Assembly: GCA_964187785.1 (NCBI GenBank)
Contig: OZ076409.1
Coordinates: 17,796,001 to 17,860,000, forward strand
Origin: Amphiscolops sp. MND2022
Taxonomy: Eukaryota
Length of the DNA stretch: 64,000 nucleotides
Reading direction: 5' to 3'
In this document: positions 1 to 12,784 of the stretch, piece after piece
How the letters are laid out: each line of letters opens with the position of its first letter
Position numbering within the stretch: the first letter of the stretch is position 1
The notes under the pieces: generated by a model
Seen by the model: the letters and a program-made list of their open reading frames with translations, nothing else
Database searches by the model: none
Told to the model about the DNA's origin: nothing
Made by a program: the position numbers and the translations under genes

Positions 1-1072
1 CTTTGAACACTTTTATCTAGAGCTATCTGTTACTGCTACACTCATTTCTTCAAGAGTAGGTAGAGTAAATTTGACATTAAGCCAAAGAACGTCAAGGAAA
101 TAAATAATTTGAGAGCGGAATATTTAAATCAGCTGTTTGGACTAGTGGAAATTTCGGACACTTTTTGGACTGCCTTTTTTGTGTCCTGTTGTTCGGTACT
201 CGGCTCTTGGCTCTTTTCTGCTCCCACCCCAACCACCAAAATTTTCGAAAGTAAATTTCCTTCAAAATGTCACTAATTCTACATTTAAAACTTTTGGTGA
301 TGGGGGGGTGCAGAAAAGATCCTTTGAACACTTTTATCTAGAGCTATCTGTTACTGCTACACTCATTTCTTCAAGAGTAGGTACAGTAAATTTGACATTA
401 AGCCAACGAACGTCAAGGAAATGAATAATTTGAGAGCGGAATATTTAAATCAGCTGTTTGGACTAGTGGAAATTTCGGACACTTTTTGGACTGCCTTTTT
501 TGTGTCCTGTTGTTCGGTACTCGGCTCTTGGCTCTTTTCTGCTCCCAGCCCAACCACCAAAATTTTCGAAAATAAATTTCCTTCAAAATGTCTTTAATTC
601 TACATTTAAAACTTTTGGTGATGGGGGGGGCAGAAAAGATCCTTTGAACACTTTTATCTAGAGCTATCTGTTACTGCTACACTCATTTCTTCAAGAGTAG
701 GTAGAGTAAATTTGACATTAAGCCAAAGAACGTCAAGGAAATAAATAATTTGAGAGCGGAATATTTAAATCAGCTGTTTGGACTAGTGGAAATTTCGGAC
801 ACTTTTTGGACTGCCTTTTTTGTGTCCTGTTGTTCGGTACTCGGCTCTTGGCTCTTTTCTGCTCCCAGCCCAACCACCAAAATTTTCGAAAATAAATTTC
901 CTTCAAAATGTCACTAATTCTACATTTAAAACTTTTGGTGATGGGGGGGGGCAGAAAAGATCCTTTGAACACTTTTATCTAGAGTTATCTGTTACTGCTA
1001 CACTCATTTCTTCAAGAGTAGGTAGAGTAAATTTGACATTAAGCCAAAGAACGTCAAGGAAATAAATAATTT
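1..1072. repeat. Tandem repeat, ~320-bp unit, >=3.3 copies (runs off the window start)
   Basis: CTTTGAACACTTTTATCTAGAG recurs at 1, 322, 642 and 963; units nearly identical, and the ORF track repeats accordingly. Confidence 0.97.
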
Positions 1073-3741
1073 GGAAAGAAAATTGGAATTGGATGTTTCT
1101 GGTTTGGTTTTTTGCCTTTTTGTCCTAGTATTTTCAATGAATTTGTTGATTGGGAACAGAAAACAACCATTTTTGATACATCGGCATTTTTTCCGCCTAA
1201 ACCATAACCCTTTGATGTCGAAAACAATATTCATGTGAAAAAATTAGAGGAACATGGAGCTGGTTGGACACTGGCTTTTGAATTGAAACGTCTTCTAGTT
1301 TCGGCCTTTCAGTGTGAACAAAGTTTGTATTTTAATTCCAAACTGCCATCCAGGAAAAAATTTAAAATTGAAGGTTTTTGATTTGTATTCAAGTCTTTTT
1401 GTTATAATGTCTTCACTAATTTTCCAAAAAATAGCTGCTTTGGGTCAGAAAAGAGCCAAAGGTCGGAGGAATGAAATCGCTTTTGCTTACTGTCATGGTT
1501 TTAAAATAATCTGGTTAATGACGTCACAAAAACTGTCGGCAAGTTTCAGCTAAAACGACGTCCTGGACTTCTAAAAACGTTGAAGTTTTCTTGAAAAGAG
1601 ATTGAACTGTAGTTTGTATTACTGACCGTGAATGACAACAATATTCGTCATACTACAACAAACTTGTGCACTTGAATTCAATTGGTGCATGGTTTTTAAT
1701 TCAGTGTGTAGTTCGCTTCGATTTTATCACATGATGTTTTTAAGTCCCAAACACGATAAAACCAAAAAACTGAACGCATCATTCTAACCAGAGACCATAT
1801 TAGTTGAACTTGAATCCTAAATATTACTGAGAAGAGCATCCAAATTATTGTTTGCTGACAATGATGCAAGCAAAATTAATTCATGCTTTAGGAAGAAGTG
1901 CTGCAAATTTGGAGAAATCCATTGGAGTTGTTATTCGTTCACATGCAAAGCACGTGCCATTATTTTTTCAGCAATTCTACATTTTATTCTGGCTCGAATT
2001 TCAACTGGTTTTACAAGCAAAGCAAGCACTACAGGATTCAACATAGAACCACACCATATAGTACCAACAATACATGCTGAAACGTTGAATATACATTGTA
2101 TATACGTTGAGCTGAATTAGATTCGATATACGATACGTATAGTTTTACTTCACAGCGATCTATCATCTACTGAAGTTGCGTTTCAGCAAGAACCGAAACG
2201 CTTTTTTTGTCACAAAAACCAGACGAGCCATTTATTTCGAACGAAACTGGTTTTCCGCCTTTCTCGTTTCTTTTTGTGCCTTTATTCCATTTTCCCGCCA
2301 AAGTAAATCATTTAGCTTGGCTCTTACCGAAAAACGTCAAAGCGTCAAGAGTTTAGTCGCGTTGGTTTAGTTTGATACACGTAAAGCGAAGTTTAATAAA
2401 CTTGGAAAAGTTTGGTTATTAAAATGTCTGACAGCAGATTCCAGAAAAGTTTCTACACAGATTCGCAGTTGTCGAAAGGCAGCCACCAAAAAAGGTTAGT
2501 TTGAAAAATTGTGTCAATTCTTTTAGACTGAATACGCGTTTTTTTGCTCACTTCAAACTTTTTCAACAACGGATGATGTTTAAAAATCCTCTCTGATGTT
2601 TCCTCCTACAAATGTTTAGTTAACTTTGCTTTATCGTGTCGCATATTAACTAAAACAGTGTTTAATATACTGATGTAACATTTTAATTCAAAATTTTTAA
2701 ATATGGAAGTGGTACTTTGGGAGAAAAGGAGAGGGGTGAGTTCCGAAGGGGTTTTGGTTTAACATTCCTCGATACGACAACTGTAATGGCTTTTTCCTTA
2801 ACCACATCCCCCACACATGAAAATGACTTGCATAAAAACTTACTTGACAATTTGGACCATGTCATCTATTCCGCCAAACTTTGGAAATAAGACAGAAGGT
2901 TCAAATAACATTATGAAGACATCGTTTGCGTTGAAATTTTGGTCCAATAAGATAATTGATGTCGACATATCCTTTCCATAACATTGACCGTCACCCTAGT
3001 CAAGATTGCTTGACCTTTTTACATGCTGAATGGAAACATGCAGGCTATTTTGTTTTTACAAAACATGGAAAAATCAGGCAGAATGCACGGAAAAATTTTG
3101 TAAAAGTTCCCAGCCGTTTACAGAAGTTCTTAAAAAATAGGAAGCAAGAAAACGAAGGCTCCGGTCGTTCTTAAACCTGCACCAACTTTGGAACACTTAT
3201 TCAAACGCTTTCTGATTATCTTGAAACCTAGTGTACTTAATCAAAAAGTCAATCCAATGGAGAAAAATCAATTCAAACATCACAAAACGAGACAAATCAA
3301 CAAAAAAGGCGAGTTCGTAGCTTCAGAAATTTGCAAAACCAAACCAGTTTCCACTTCTTAAACGACACCTAGAACTGCAGCCACGTCTGAAGAACTCCAA
3401 CTGCAAGGAGGACAAGATCAGAAAACTACTGAGAGAAGAGTCTGAAACAAAAGAGTTTCTAAAACATTCGATACTTTCTTACCAACGGAGACAAAAAGCA
3501 AGGTTTTCAAACAATTCAAAGACATCGGGAGAGGATATGTTGCCAGACTAGTCGTCGGCATTTTTGCTCATCATTGCAATCAGTAAATAGAAAAAAAAGA
3601 TTTCAATAACAAAAATATGTTCGAATGTTTCAAAAAAACCTTGTATGAAATCTTTTCTGAAAGTTCCAAAACAGCTTCGGAAATTCTATGTGGAAACGCA
3701 AAAAAGGTGAGAAAATAATCAAAACGTTGTTTGGTCGTTTA

Positions 3742-4061
3742 TTTAGACGTTATTTCACCAGAATACGGTTATTTTAGACATTATTCAAGTAAAATACAGT
3801 GTTTTTAGGTCCTATTCTACCAAAATAGAGTGATTTTAGACGTTATTCCACAAATATAGTGATTTTAGACGGTATTCCACAAAGATAGTGATTTTTACGT
3901 TATTCTACCAGAATACGGTAATTTTAGACGTTATTCTACCAAAATACGGTGATTTCAGACGTTATTCCACATACTAGTGATTTTAAACGTTAATCTACCA
4001 AAATACGGTGATTTCAGACGTTAATCCAATGAAATGTACTATTTAGGTCTTTTTCTACCAG
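3742..4061. repeat. Degenerate ~30-bp minisatellite
   Basis: About ten copies of a consensus TTTTAGACGTTATTCTACCAAAATACGGTGA. Confidence 0.9.
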
Positions 4062-5704
4062 AAGTGATCAGAAATCAATGGCCCGAAATTTGACTGAACT
4101 TCTTGAATTAGAGTTTCTTCTTTCCGAAGATTCTGTTCATTTTTTCCTCCGAAAACACCAAATTTTTCAACTCAAGCAAAAAACTTAAAGATAAATGCTC
4201 ACAAAAACCGCTGTTTGTCCTGTCCGTTAGTTTGTCTGATTCTCAGAAGTTTTTTGGCGCTGAAAAAGTTTGAAAAAAATTGATATTTCAACCAATCAAA
4301 ACAGCCTCATTTCGATATTCCGTTCTAAAGTAGTTCTCTCAAAAAAGCTGTGTAGAAGTGTATTATTGAAATGTTTTTGTTTTTCCAAACCCAAAAAGTG
4401 ATGAATATTGCCTATTCCAACACTTTTCATGCAAAAAAGTGTTTTTCCACCGAAAAAATTTCCAGTTGAACGAATATGTTTAATACACTGGCCTTCGTTA
4501 AATATTTGTTTGTCATATTATAGCGTCTGTGCTTACAAAATTTGAGGTATTGCTCGCAAAAACTTGCAAAATTTGGCGGGTGTTTTTTAAATTTCCTTGA
4601 TGTTGCTTTGGAAACCCGCCAAGTTGTAGAAAAATCTTGATAAATACCTGAAAAATTAGTGACGCAGCATGAGAATACTGAGCATGAAAACTTCGTCAAG
4701 CAGCTCCCAGAAACCTAATAAGATTGCTTTCCTTTCTATAAAAGCATGTAAAAGTTTAGGGCACTTTCCACTAAGGCAGTTGAAAGTTGCTCTTTAGATT
4801 TTATAGCGGAAAAAACTTGTGCTGAAATAGGGGCCTTTTTATACAATTTTAGCTTGTTCCAAACGTCAATTTCTGCTTTTGGACCATATTATCAAGAAAT
4901 TAGGGTAATTTTTTTGCCTGAAGGGTCCAAACAATTGTAGAGAAAATCCTCTAAGTATTTACATTCATATATTCTCTTATTAGTGAAATATTTTTATTCA
5001 AGAACAATATGTGCTTTCGTGTTGGGGGGGGTGTTAATTCCTAACAAAGTGTACCTGAGGTGGGGGGGGGCTTTGAAATAGGTGACATTATGCTAAAATA
5101 CTTTTTATGAATTCCTAGTAAACTGTAAATCACACTATTATGAGACGTCTGTCAAATAGTGTGATTTAGACTAGGAGGAATTCATAATAGCTGCAGGTAC
5201 TATTTTGAGACTATTGAGACTACTATTTTTCAATATTTTCACATAATTTAACGCGTGGGAGAGTGGTTGTGCAAAAAGATCCACTGTATTATATCATTCA
5301 CCGTATCGCAGTATTTGTGGAGGCAAATTTGTAGAGCACAAATCTTTTATATCGAAGTTCATCTGAAGAATTTTTCAAGCTTTTCACTTTGAGGACTTCT
5401 TTACTTTGGGCTCAACTTTCCGGCTTTTCTGTTCACCTTTTCTCATTGTATTGTAGTATCTTTTTGAAGGTTGATGCCACACATTTGTTCACAGAAATGT
5501 CTATTATTTGGCATTTTCACGAAATATGAACAGGGCAAGGAAAAACGAAGAATTTGTTTCATTGGCAGTTTGTTCCTTAAAAAAACTGGGTCTTTTTCAT
5601 TTTCCCACCACACCAGAGATTTTTTGTTATCTTAACTGGGAGTGCTTTTTTGTTAATCTGGTCAGCCCGAACCCACTGTACATTAGTACACTAATTACTT
5701 CCAG

Positions 5705-8700
5705 CCAGTTTTCGCTTGAACCCGAGGACTCTGAAGCTGATTTGTAAGTTGACACGAGAATGACGTCATATGTTTGTTATTGCAGGGCAATCAGGCCGAA
5801 CAACCAGCAAGAAAATGACTTCTTCACAATCAATTACGAGAAAGCTGCGCCGAGCGAAGATGCAATTAGACCTTCTGGTTTGTAACTATCCTAATTACGG
5901 ACCACTTTTACCCCCGAGGGATTTATGAACTATGTATAGGAAGCAGATTGGCACTTATCGTGCAAAGAAGTACAAGGGCGAAAATCTACCTCTTGCTTGA
6001 GATTACTAAATTGCCATTGATTACTGTGAATGTTTTTTTTCATGGTTCTGCCCTTCATACAATTCTAATGAACAGTTTTTAAAACAGTTTTTAGCCGGTG
6101 CCTTCTTGCGTTCACGTCGTTTACGGGGCGAGACGATACCAAAGGTCCCCTTGGATGGATTTGTTGACATTTTCAGTTTAGAAAAAGCGGTTTAGGTTTG
6201 AAGGGTCCTTTTTTGAGTTTTTTGGTACTGTGCAATTTTTTTCGGGAGAAAAATTCCATTTCACAAATAGGCCGCCTAAAAACAAAACAAAATGTTTTTT
6301 TTTATTCTTCGAGTTCTTAACGAAAAGTCTTAGCTTCAGACGAGGAATCTCCCAGCGATCGGAGACACGCTACGCTTGGCAAGATCATGGTTAATCTTGC
6401 TAAATCATGGTTAACCATGGTACCCTTGTCAAGATCATGGCTAATCATGATACATGGAACGCTTGTCAAGATCATAGCGAGATCTTGGCAAGATCTTGGC
6501 AAGTAACCATGGTGAGACATATGAGCTGTTTTCAATTGTATAATTAATTCTTTTCAAAAAATTTCTTGTCGTCTCCAATTTCTGACTAAGCCTTTTAATT
6601 ATAACTTCGGAGATAACCTTTATTTATCGAAAAAAGTTTTTTAAACTGAAAAGTATACAACAATTCTCAATAATTTGCTGCACCTATTGACCGAGTTTGG
6701 TAACTTCAGAGCACGGCATTGTTACTACTATCATAAATTATCATACAAAGCAAACCTCGAATCAAGTTATTACATCTTGCAGGGTTACGATATTGGTATG
6801 AGAAGCAGCTTTTCTAGCTATGATTTGTTAATCTTGCTAATACCTCACCTATTGAGGTAACGTGTTGAATATACTGAAGTTCGAGAATACAATAGAAACT
6901 AGTGCAATAAAAGTAAATAAAATTAAAAAATATAGAGTTTCCAAAAAAAAACGGATTTGCTACCATGGAACCCTTGTCAAGAACATGGTTAATCTTGGCT
7001 TCCTTGCCAAGATCATGGTAAAACATGGTACGCTTGGCACGATCTTGCATAATCATGGTATTCTTCGGTGATCTCGGTAAGATCATGGTAAGATTTTGGC
7101 AAGCCTAGCTAGCGATTTACCATGGTTCTTGGCAAGTGTACCATGCCTTCAATCGCTGGGCTGTTTCATCTTTTTCTCCCCACTTTTTTGCCACTAGCTA
7201 CTAGCAACGTTGATGGAAAGCTGGAAAGTAGCCTAGAGGTTTCCATCTAGCCTAGAGGTTAAGGTGAGTTCCTCTTCATTTTGTGGGTTCGAGTCCGACA
7301 CTAAACCAAAAAAAATTATTCTTGCAAATGTAGATGAAAGGTCAAAGGGTCCCCTTTGTGTTTTTTTTGGCACTAATCGACTTCAGCTTCTTGAAACCGA
7401 AATCCCTTTTGGTTTTTAGCAAACACAAAGCGTTTTGCGAGCAAAAAAGGCTCCGGAGGAATTCGGCTCTGTTCCATCACCTCAGAAATTTTGTCGAAAA
7501 ATTTTTTTGAATTGGTTCAAAAATCTTTTTCCGAGGAAAAACTGGTTAATTTTTTTGTCCTGTGGTGCAAATTTATGCTTTTCAGCAAAAATTACTTGGG
7601 AGGGTTCCAATGTATTGAATTTTGTTTACAAAATTGTTTCCTGCAAAATGTTCAGAAGACTACAAATTAAAAATCTTTTACACTGCCAAAAACGACTTTG
7701 AAGTTAACTTATTGAATCATTTTCATAACGGTGTAATCAAAAACAAAGTTCGGTATGAAATAACATATCGTCTTGGATTTTCATTCACAATCTACCATGG
7801 CATCATGGCTTTTCATCTATGATCATCCATGAATCGTTGATATCTTTCCATGATCATGGAATGATTCTCGGCATGGCAAACCATTCAGCTCCGTTTATCC
7901 GTTTTTTATTTAAAATTGCACTACATCAATTGCACCTTTTAAAGACTTACTTCGAACTCAAACTATTCCGCTTCACAATCAATTCATTGTAACGCTCTAA
8001 GTATAAAGGTTTTGTAAATCCTTGATATTTATAACTTTACAACCGATTACATTATGATCGCAGTTGGCGAAGCCGAGTAACTTGAGTTTTCGGTTGAGTT
8101 TTCACATAGGAGTTCTCGGTTTCGATGAATGGTCGTTGCGAGAAGCATGAACAGAAATATTGGCTATTACAACGTACGATGAAATTATATAATAGTTTTT
8201 AACTTCATGAAACATCACATGTTTTTTGTTGTTTTCCAGATCCCACAACTGCAATCAACTGCCCTTGGGGTGTGACGGCAGGGGCCACCTCTGACGATTT
8301 GAACAGGTCTTTGAATAGACAGAGCTACGGGGGAGGAGGGACCGGGGCAGCCAACGAGTCGAGTGCGGAAGCTAACTTCAACAGAAAACAGAGTGAGAAC
8401 GCACACAAAGTGAACTCGGAGCTGAGCAGAATTAAGAACTTCTACGACGACAACCCTGGATTTAAAGTGGCACAGGACCACCACAAGCAGAGAAACATGG
8501 CAGAAAGGCAGGCGTTGTTATTTCAGATAGTAAATAAGACAAAAATTTAAGATGACGTTCTCGAGTTTTAGAATAAAGTTCTCTCATGAACTGGGTTAAG
8601 CAGGTACAAGGGTACAGAGTGTTACTGAAATTCATTTTTTGAGCCATCTGAAACATTTGAACACAATTTTGGCTGTTTCGAGAAAAATCAGAGAATTTAA

Positions 8701-9324
8701 ACACTGCCTAGACCTAATCACCAATTTCTTGAAAACTGCAGTTTTCAACTGTGAATGCAACTCATAATTTTATGACTTTGGTTTTAGTTTTGAATTGATT
8801 TGTAATTAAACTTCTGTTTACAAAAGGCTGGGTTTATTAATATTTTGTTCAATGCTTTTAGATATTGTACGGAAAAGATCTACAATAACTGCAAAATATT
8901 ACATGCAACTTATTTTGCAGTTCTAGATCTTTTCCGTACAATATCTAAAAGCATTGAACAAAATATTAATAAACATAGAAATAAAACAGCCTTATGTAAA
9001 CATAGAAATTCGATTACAAATCAATTCAAAACTAAAGGCAAAGTCATCAAGCTATGCGTAGCACTCACTATTTTCTAAATGTATATTTCTGCAATTGTAT
9101 AATGCTGAAATTGTAAAATTACAATTCCTGCCTGAAGGTCTAAAGGGGTGCCCTGGGGTACCATCGACCAAGTAGGCTCCTCGGACGGGGAAAATATCAA
9201 GAGGAAGGAAAGGATGCCGGCCCCCTACGCCACCGCCTTCAACGACGAGGCTGACCCGGGCAGAAGACAGATACCCGCAGGTCAGAAGCAGGAACAAATG
9301 GTCCTGTCTCAGGTCACCTTCTAG
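5705..9324 (+). CDS. 3' part of a spliced gene encoding a small hydrophilic protein of unknown function; exons ~5705-5743, 5786-5877, 8240-8507 (or -8513), 9138-9324
   Basis: Four GC-richer segments with AG acceptors and phase-compatible junctions join into one frame (QFSLEPEDSEADL/AIRPNNQQENDFF.../DPTTAINCPWG.../RSKGVPWGT...SQVTF*), stop TAG at 9322-9324. Start exon not identified. Confidence 0.75.
6351..7160. mobile_element. Non-autonomous CMC/CACTA-like element with CCCAG termini
   Basis: TIR CCCAGCGAT...ATCGCTGGG; CT on both flanks (2-bp TSD); subterminal arrays of CAAGATCATGG/CTTGGCAAG motifs. Confidence 0.6.
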
Positions 9325-9920
9325 ACAAACATGACCTCCTCTGGTTGACCTTGAATGATGACCTCTTGGCTTTATATGGATAATCATCGATGGTCATTGG
9401 TTTCAAAACACAGTTCTAAATTTCAATTCGTGAAAAATTTGTTCCTTATTGAACATTGTTCAACGTTATATTGTTATATCGTTGAACGTTTTCAATCGAA
9501 GCATAACTTTAGAGCATGTTTCATTGGATAACAGAATTTTAAATGTTTCATAGAAAGTCATGAAACAATCATTGATGACCACCGATGAGGATGCTTGAAT
9601 TGGTCAACCCCGGAAGTAGCAATTAGGCCAAAGTGACTGTTGAAATTTACTGAAAATACTGAAATTTATAATTCCCCTCATAAACTTGTATGGCTAGTGT
9701 TCTTCTCACATTGTTTGTTCACTCTGTTGTCAAAAGTTGTTTCCAAATTTGTAAGTGCTGCTTATTACGTAAGTATTTATTACAATTTCAATTCCTTGAT
9801 TCAGCCAATTTGAGCATCAAAAAAGAAAGCAACAAAATCCCGTCTTTTCTATTGACAACTTCAAGGTAGTCTTCATGGGTAGTTCCTGTCTAGTCCGTGT
9901 TTTTTAGTCATCGTGTTCTG

Positions 9921-10220
9921 AAACCAAGCCGGGAACGGCATAAGTCGGCGCCATATCTTATGCTCAAAAATAGCAAAGGGACATGAAAGTGTCAAAAAAC
10001 TCAAAGTATCAAACTCACAAAAAGTTCCAAACTCACAAAAAAACCCAAACGACGGAACTGGCGTCGCGACGGAAAGGGGCTAGCACGGGCCCCTGCCGCT
10101 CTAAAAGGGGATCCTTTCGCATTTTTTAACATCCATTGTTGCAGAACATCAAAAAATTGAAAGGTAAAAAAAATGGTGAAAAAATTTCCGAAAAATCTCA
10201 CAATGCCGAAAAAAACTGAG
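9921..10220 (-). mobile_element. Truncated Helentron-associated (HINE/DINE-like) element
   Basis: Same end (CAAGCCGGGAACGG...AGTCGGCGCCATATCT) as the copies at 33765, 41670 and 63352. Confidence 0.6.
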
Positions 10221-10757
10221 AGGTCCTTGCTAGGAACTAGGATTCAAATATCGTGCAGGGCTAAGTGTGTTCATGTTTACAAAGATTTTTCCCCTTTGGA
10301 TCTGTGTGCTCTGTTTGAAGCTTTTCTCCAAACTATTTTGAAGTTTTCTGTTATCTGGAGTTAATAACTGGAATCAACCCATACGACAACAGGTTGATCA
10401 TACTCTGCCACAATAAAGAAAAGCTGATTCCAGGCTGATCATACACTGGACCATAAAGGTTTATGGTTCCAGATTGACCATACTCTGGACCATATATGGT
10501 TCAGTCTGTGATTAACCTGTTTCCATATACTATGTTCAACATGATTTCATGAAACATTACAGACTCAAATATGGTTCAGTTTATGATCCGTATGGTTCCA
10601 TGAATAGAAATTTAGCATAACGTAGTCAAAAAACCAACCAAAATGCCGATACAGTGGCAAAACTGAAAACAAGGTCGCAATCATCAATTTTTGGCAGCTT
10701 CTGCTGAATTATTCGTAGTTCTCCAAAGACTCGAAATTCCACAGCAAAGTGGGTACT

Positions 10758-11793
10758 TGTCAGAACGAGTCACGTCCGGGTTGTTAACGATGTTAAGTCC
10801 AATACATTCACTAGTAGATGATGAGATCTTCTCGGTTAATGCCATCACAATGCTCGTTAAGTCGCTAATTTGCCTATTCATTTCCATGAAACGTTGGTCG
10901 ACTGAACTCGAGTAAGGATTTTGTCTGCTGTTGATAATATCTCCACTATCAAACTCATTCATCTGGTTTCTCGACAAAACTTCCGGAAAGCTGATCTCAC
11001 TTTCGTTATCACTGTTCTGTTCCATTCTGCTGGAACTTGCTGCATAACTGTCTACGTACTGTGATCTCGTATTGACCATGCTCGGTTCTTTAGTAAGACT
11101 TTTGAGTTTTTTAGGTTTATTGGTTAAGTTGAAGGAGAAGAATTACAAGTTTGTACGTTAATGATGTAAGCAACACTACGTTGGCTGAAGGTAAATTGTA
11201 CTGATGGTATTTCAACAATTGTTATTTTCTGCACAATGCTGGTCACGCGTCTACGTCACGTGACCGTTTTAACCAATGATATTGCTCTATTGATTAGGTG
11301 TTAATTGGTGCGTCCTGCTGGTCGCAACGCAAATGGCTTTTTGTACGAAATATAGCACCAATATGTTGCCATGGTTACGTGAGTCATCTATCATCTTGGT
11401 AAACCAATTCAACTTTAAGATGATGGCGACATACCATCATTGCACGTAATTCTTCAGGTTACTGGTAAAGCTAAATATGGTGGAAGCACTTGTACACTGA
11501 GTATAAATATGATGAACGCACTTGTACGTAGAGTACAATGATTTTGTACTTTTGTACGTTAACTACACGTTGGGAAAAGAATTGCCGATGATGGGTTAAG
11601 CCCGTCATTGTTCAGTAGTAATTCATGGTTATTGAAATATCAGGCATATTGCATTTAACTGAGTTGTTTATTGTTTAGAATGTTTTTTATCAGTTTCATT
11701 GTTGTATTCTCTTTGTATCAACCACTGTCCAAACTTGATGTAGTGGTATTGACAACGTTGTCTCTCGATTTAATTCATGCTTCCGGCATGACA
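10758..11793 (-). repeat. 3' LTR (1036 bp)
   Basis: TGTCA...TGACA termini; direct repeat of 28076-29118 differing by roughly a dozen substitutions and one small indel block (counted by eye); adjacent to the PPT. Confidence 0.95.
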
Positions 11794-11805
11794 CTCCCCC
11801 TCTTC
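11794..11805 (-). promoter_or_regulatory. Polypurine tract (GAAGAGGGGGAG)
   Basis: Purine run on the minus strand directly abutting the TG of the 3' LTR. Confidence 0.9.
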
Positions 11806-12784
11806 AAAAGAAAGAATGAATTGCAGGGGTATTCGGGGGGCTGGTAGGGGAGTGGTGTGGTCAATGTAACAGCGTCGATTATGCTGAAAATGGTAGCTGT
11901 TTAACGGCGTGAAGAAACTATTCAGCAGACGTGGTGATATCAACTGCATTGGAGTTGCTCATTCGGTTCAGTGCTGCAACGACAGTGCTATTCCGTTCTG
12001 TAGTGGCAAGCGAGAAGGAATAATTGTGTTCGTGTACTCGGATATCCGCTTCGGTTGAGAGTAAATAGTCGACTGATGTGGTGATGACGGCCACGTCATC
12101 CATTCGTGCGCATTGAAGGGAGAGTATTAGTAGGTAAATTAACCGGAAATGAATGAAACGTGGAAGCGTGATCAATCATTCGGGTGATCAATGTGGTAGT
12201 TCGTGAGTAATCACGGCTTCGTGCACTAAACATATTTCCTCTTCGTCGCTGCCAAATACGAGGTTGAAGTCACTGACAGTTTAGTTTACTGTTATCGTTA
12301 GCGTCGATTGGTTGAATGTTTGTATATTGCGGTCTACCGGGTGGAAACATTGGCATTGATTAAATCAAGAGAATTTCATGTAAATTTCCTGTATTAGGGT
12401 GTTCAGCTCAACTGGGTGATTTTCTATCTGATCGTAATTAATCAGTACTTTGATTGCGAAAACTAGTTGGCGTTCATGTAAGCGGCTTTTTTCCTCTTGT
12501 TTAGGATAATCAGGGCATTGTACAGTAAAATGCAATCTTTTTGAATCGAACTGCGTTGTTCTTTGGAGGTTGTGGTGTAGTAAATTGGAACTTCGGGCCA
12601 CTCTGTCTGAGTCCCTTTGAGTTTGATATTATCTTCGGAATTAAATAACGTGGTTGATCAAGTCACGACATCCATCGGTGAAGATGTTGAGGCCTGGTAG
12701 ATCGCATTTTGTATTGCCACAGATTGAATTCTTTGTATTTTACTTTAATTTGCCGTGTGTATTGTCGTGGAAGTTGTATCTTCA

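Noticed and set aside
3742..4061. CRISPR-like array
   Set aside because: Contiguous degenerate repeats with no unique spacers, in a eukaryotic context.
1560..5030. Short ORFs as genes
   Set aside because: No recognisable motifs; segments match other interspersed repeats (2850-2970 vs 38037-38170; 3050-3110 vs 33070-33130; 4780-5025 vs 34600-34865).
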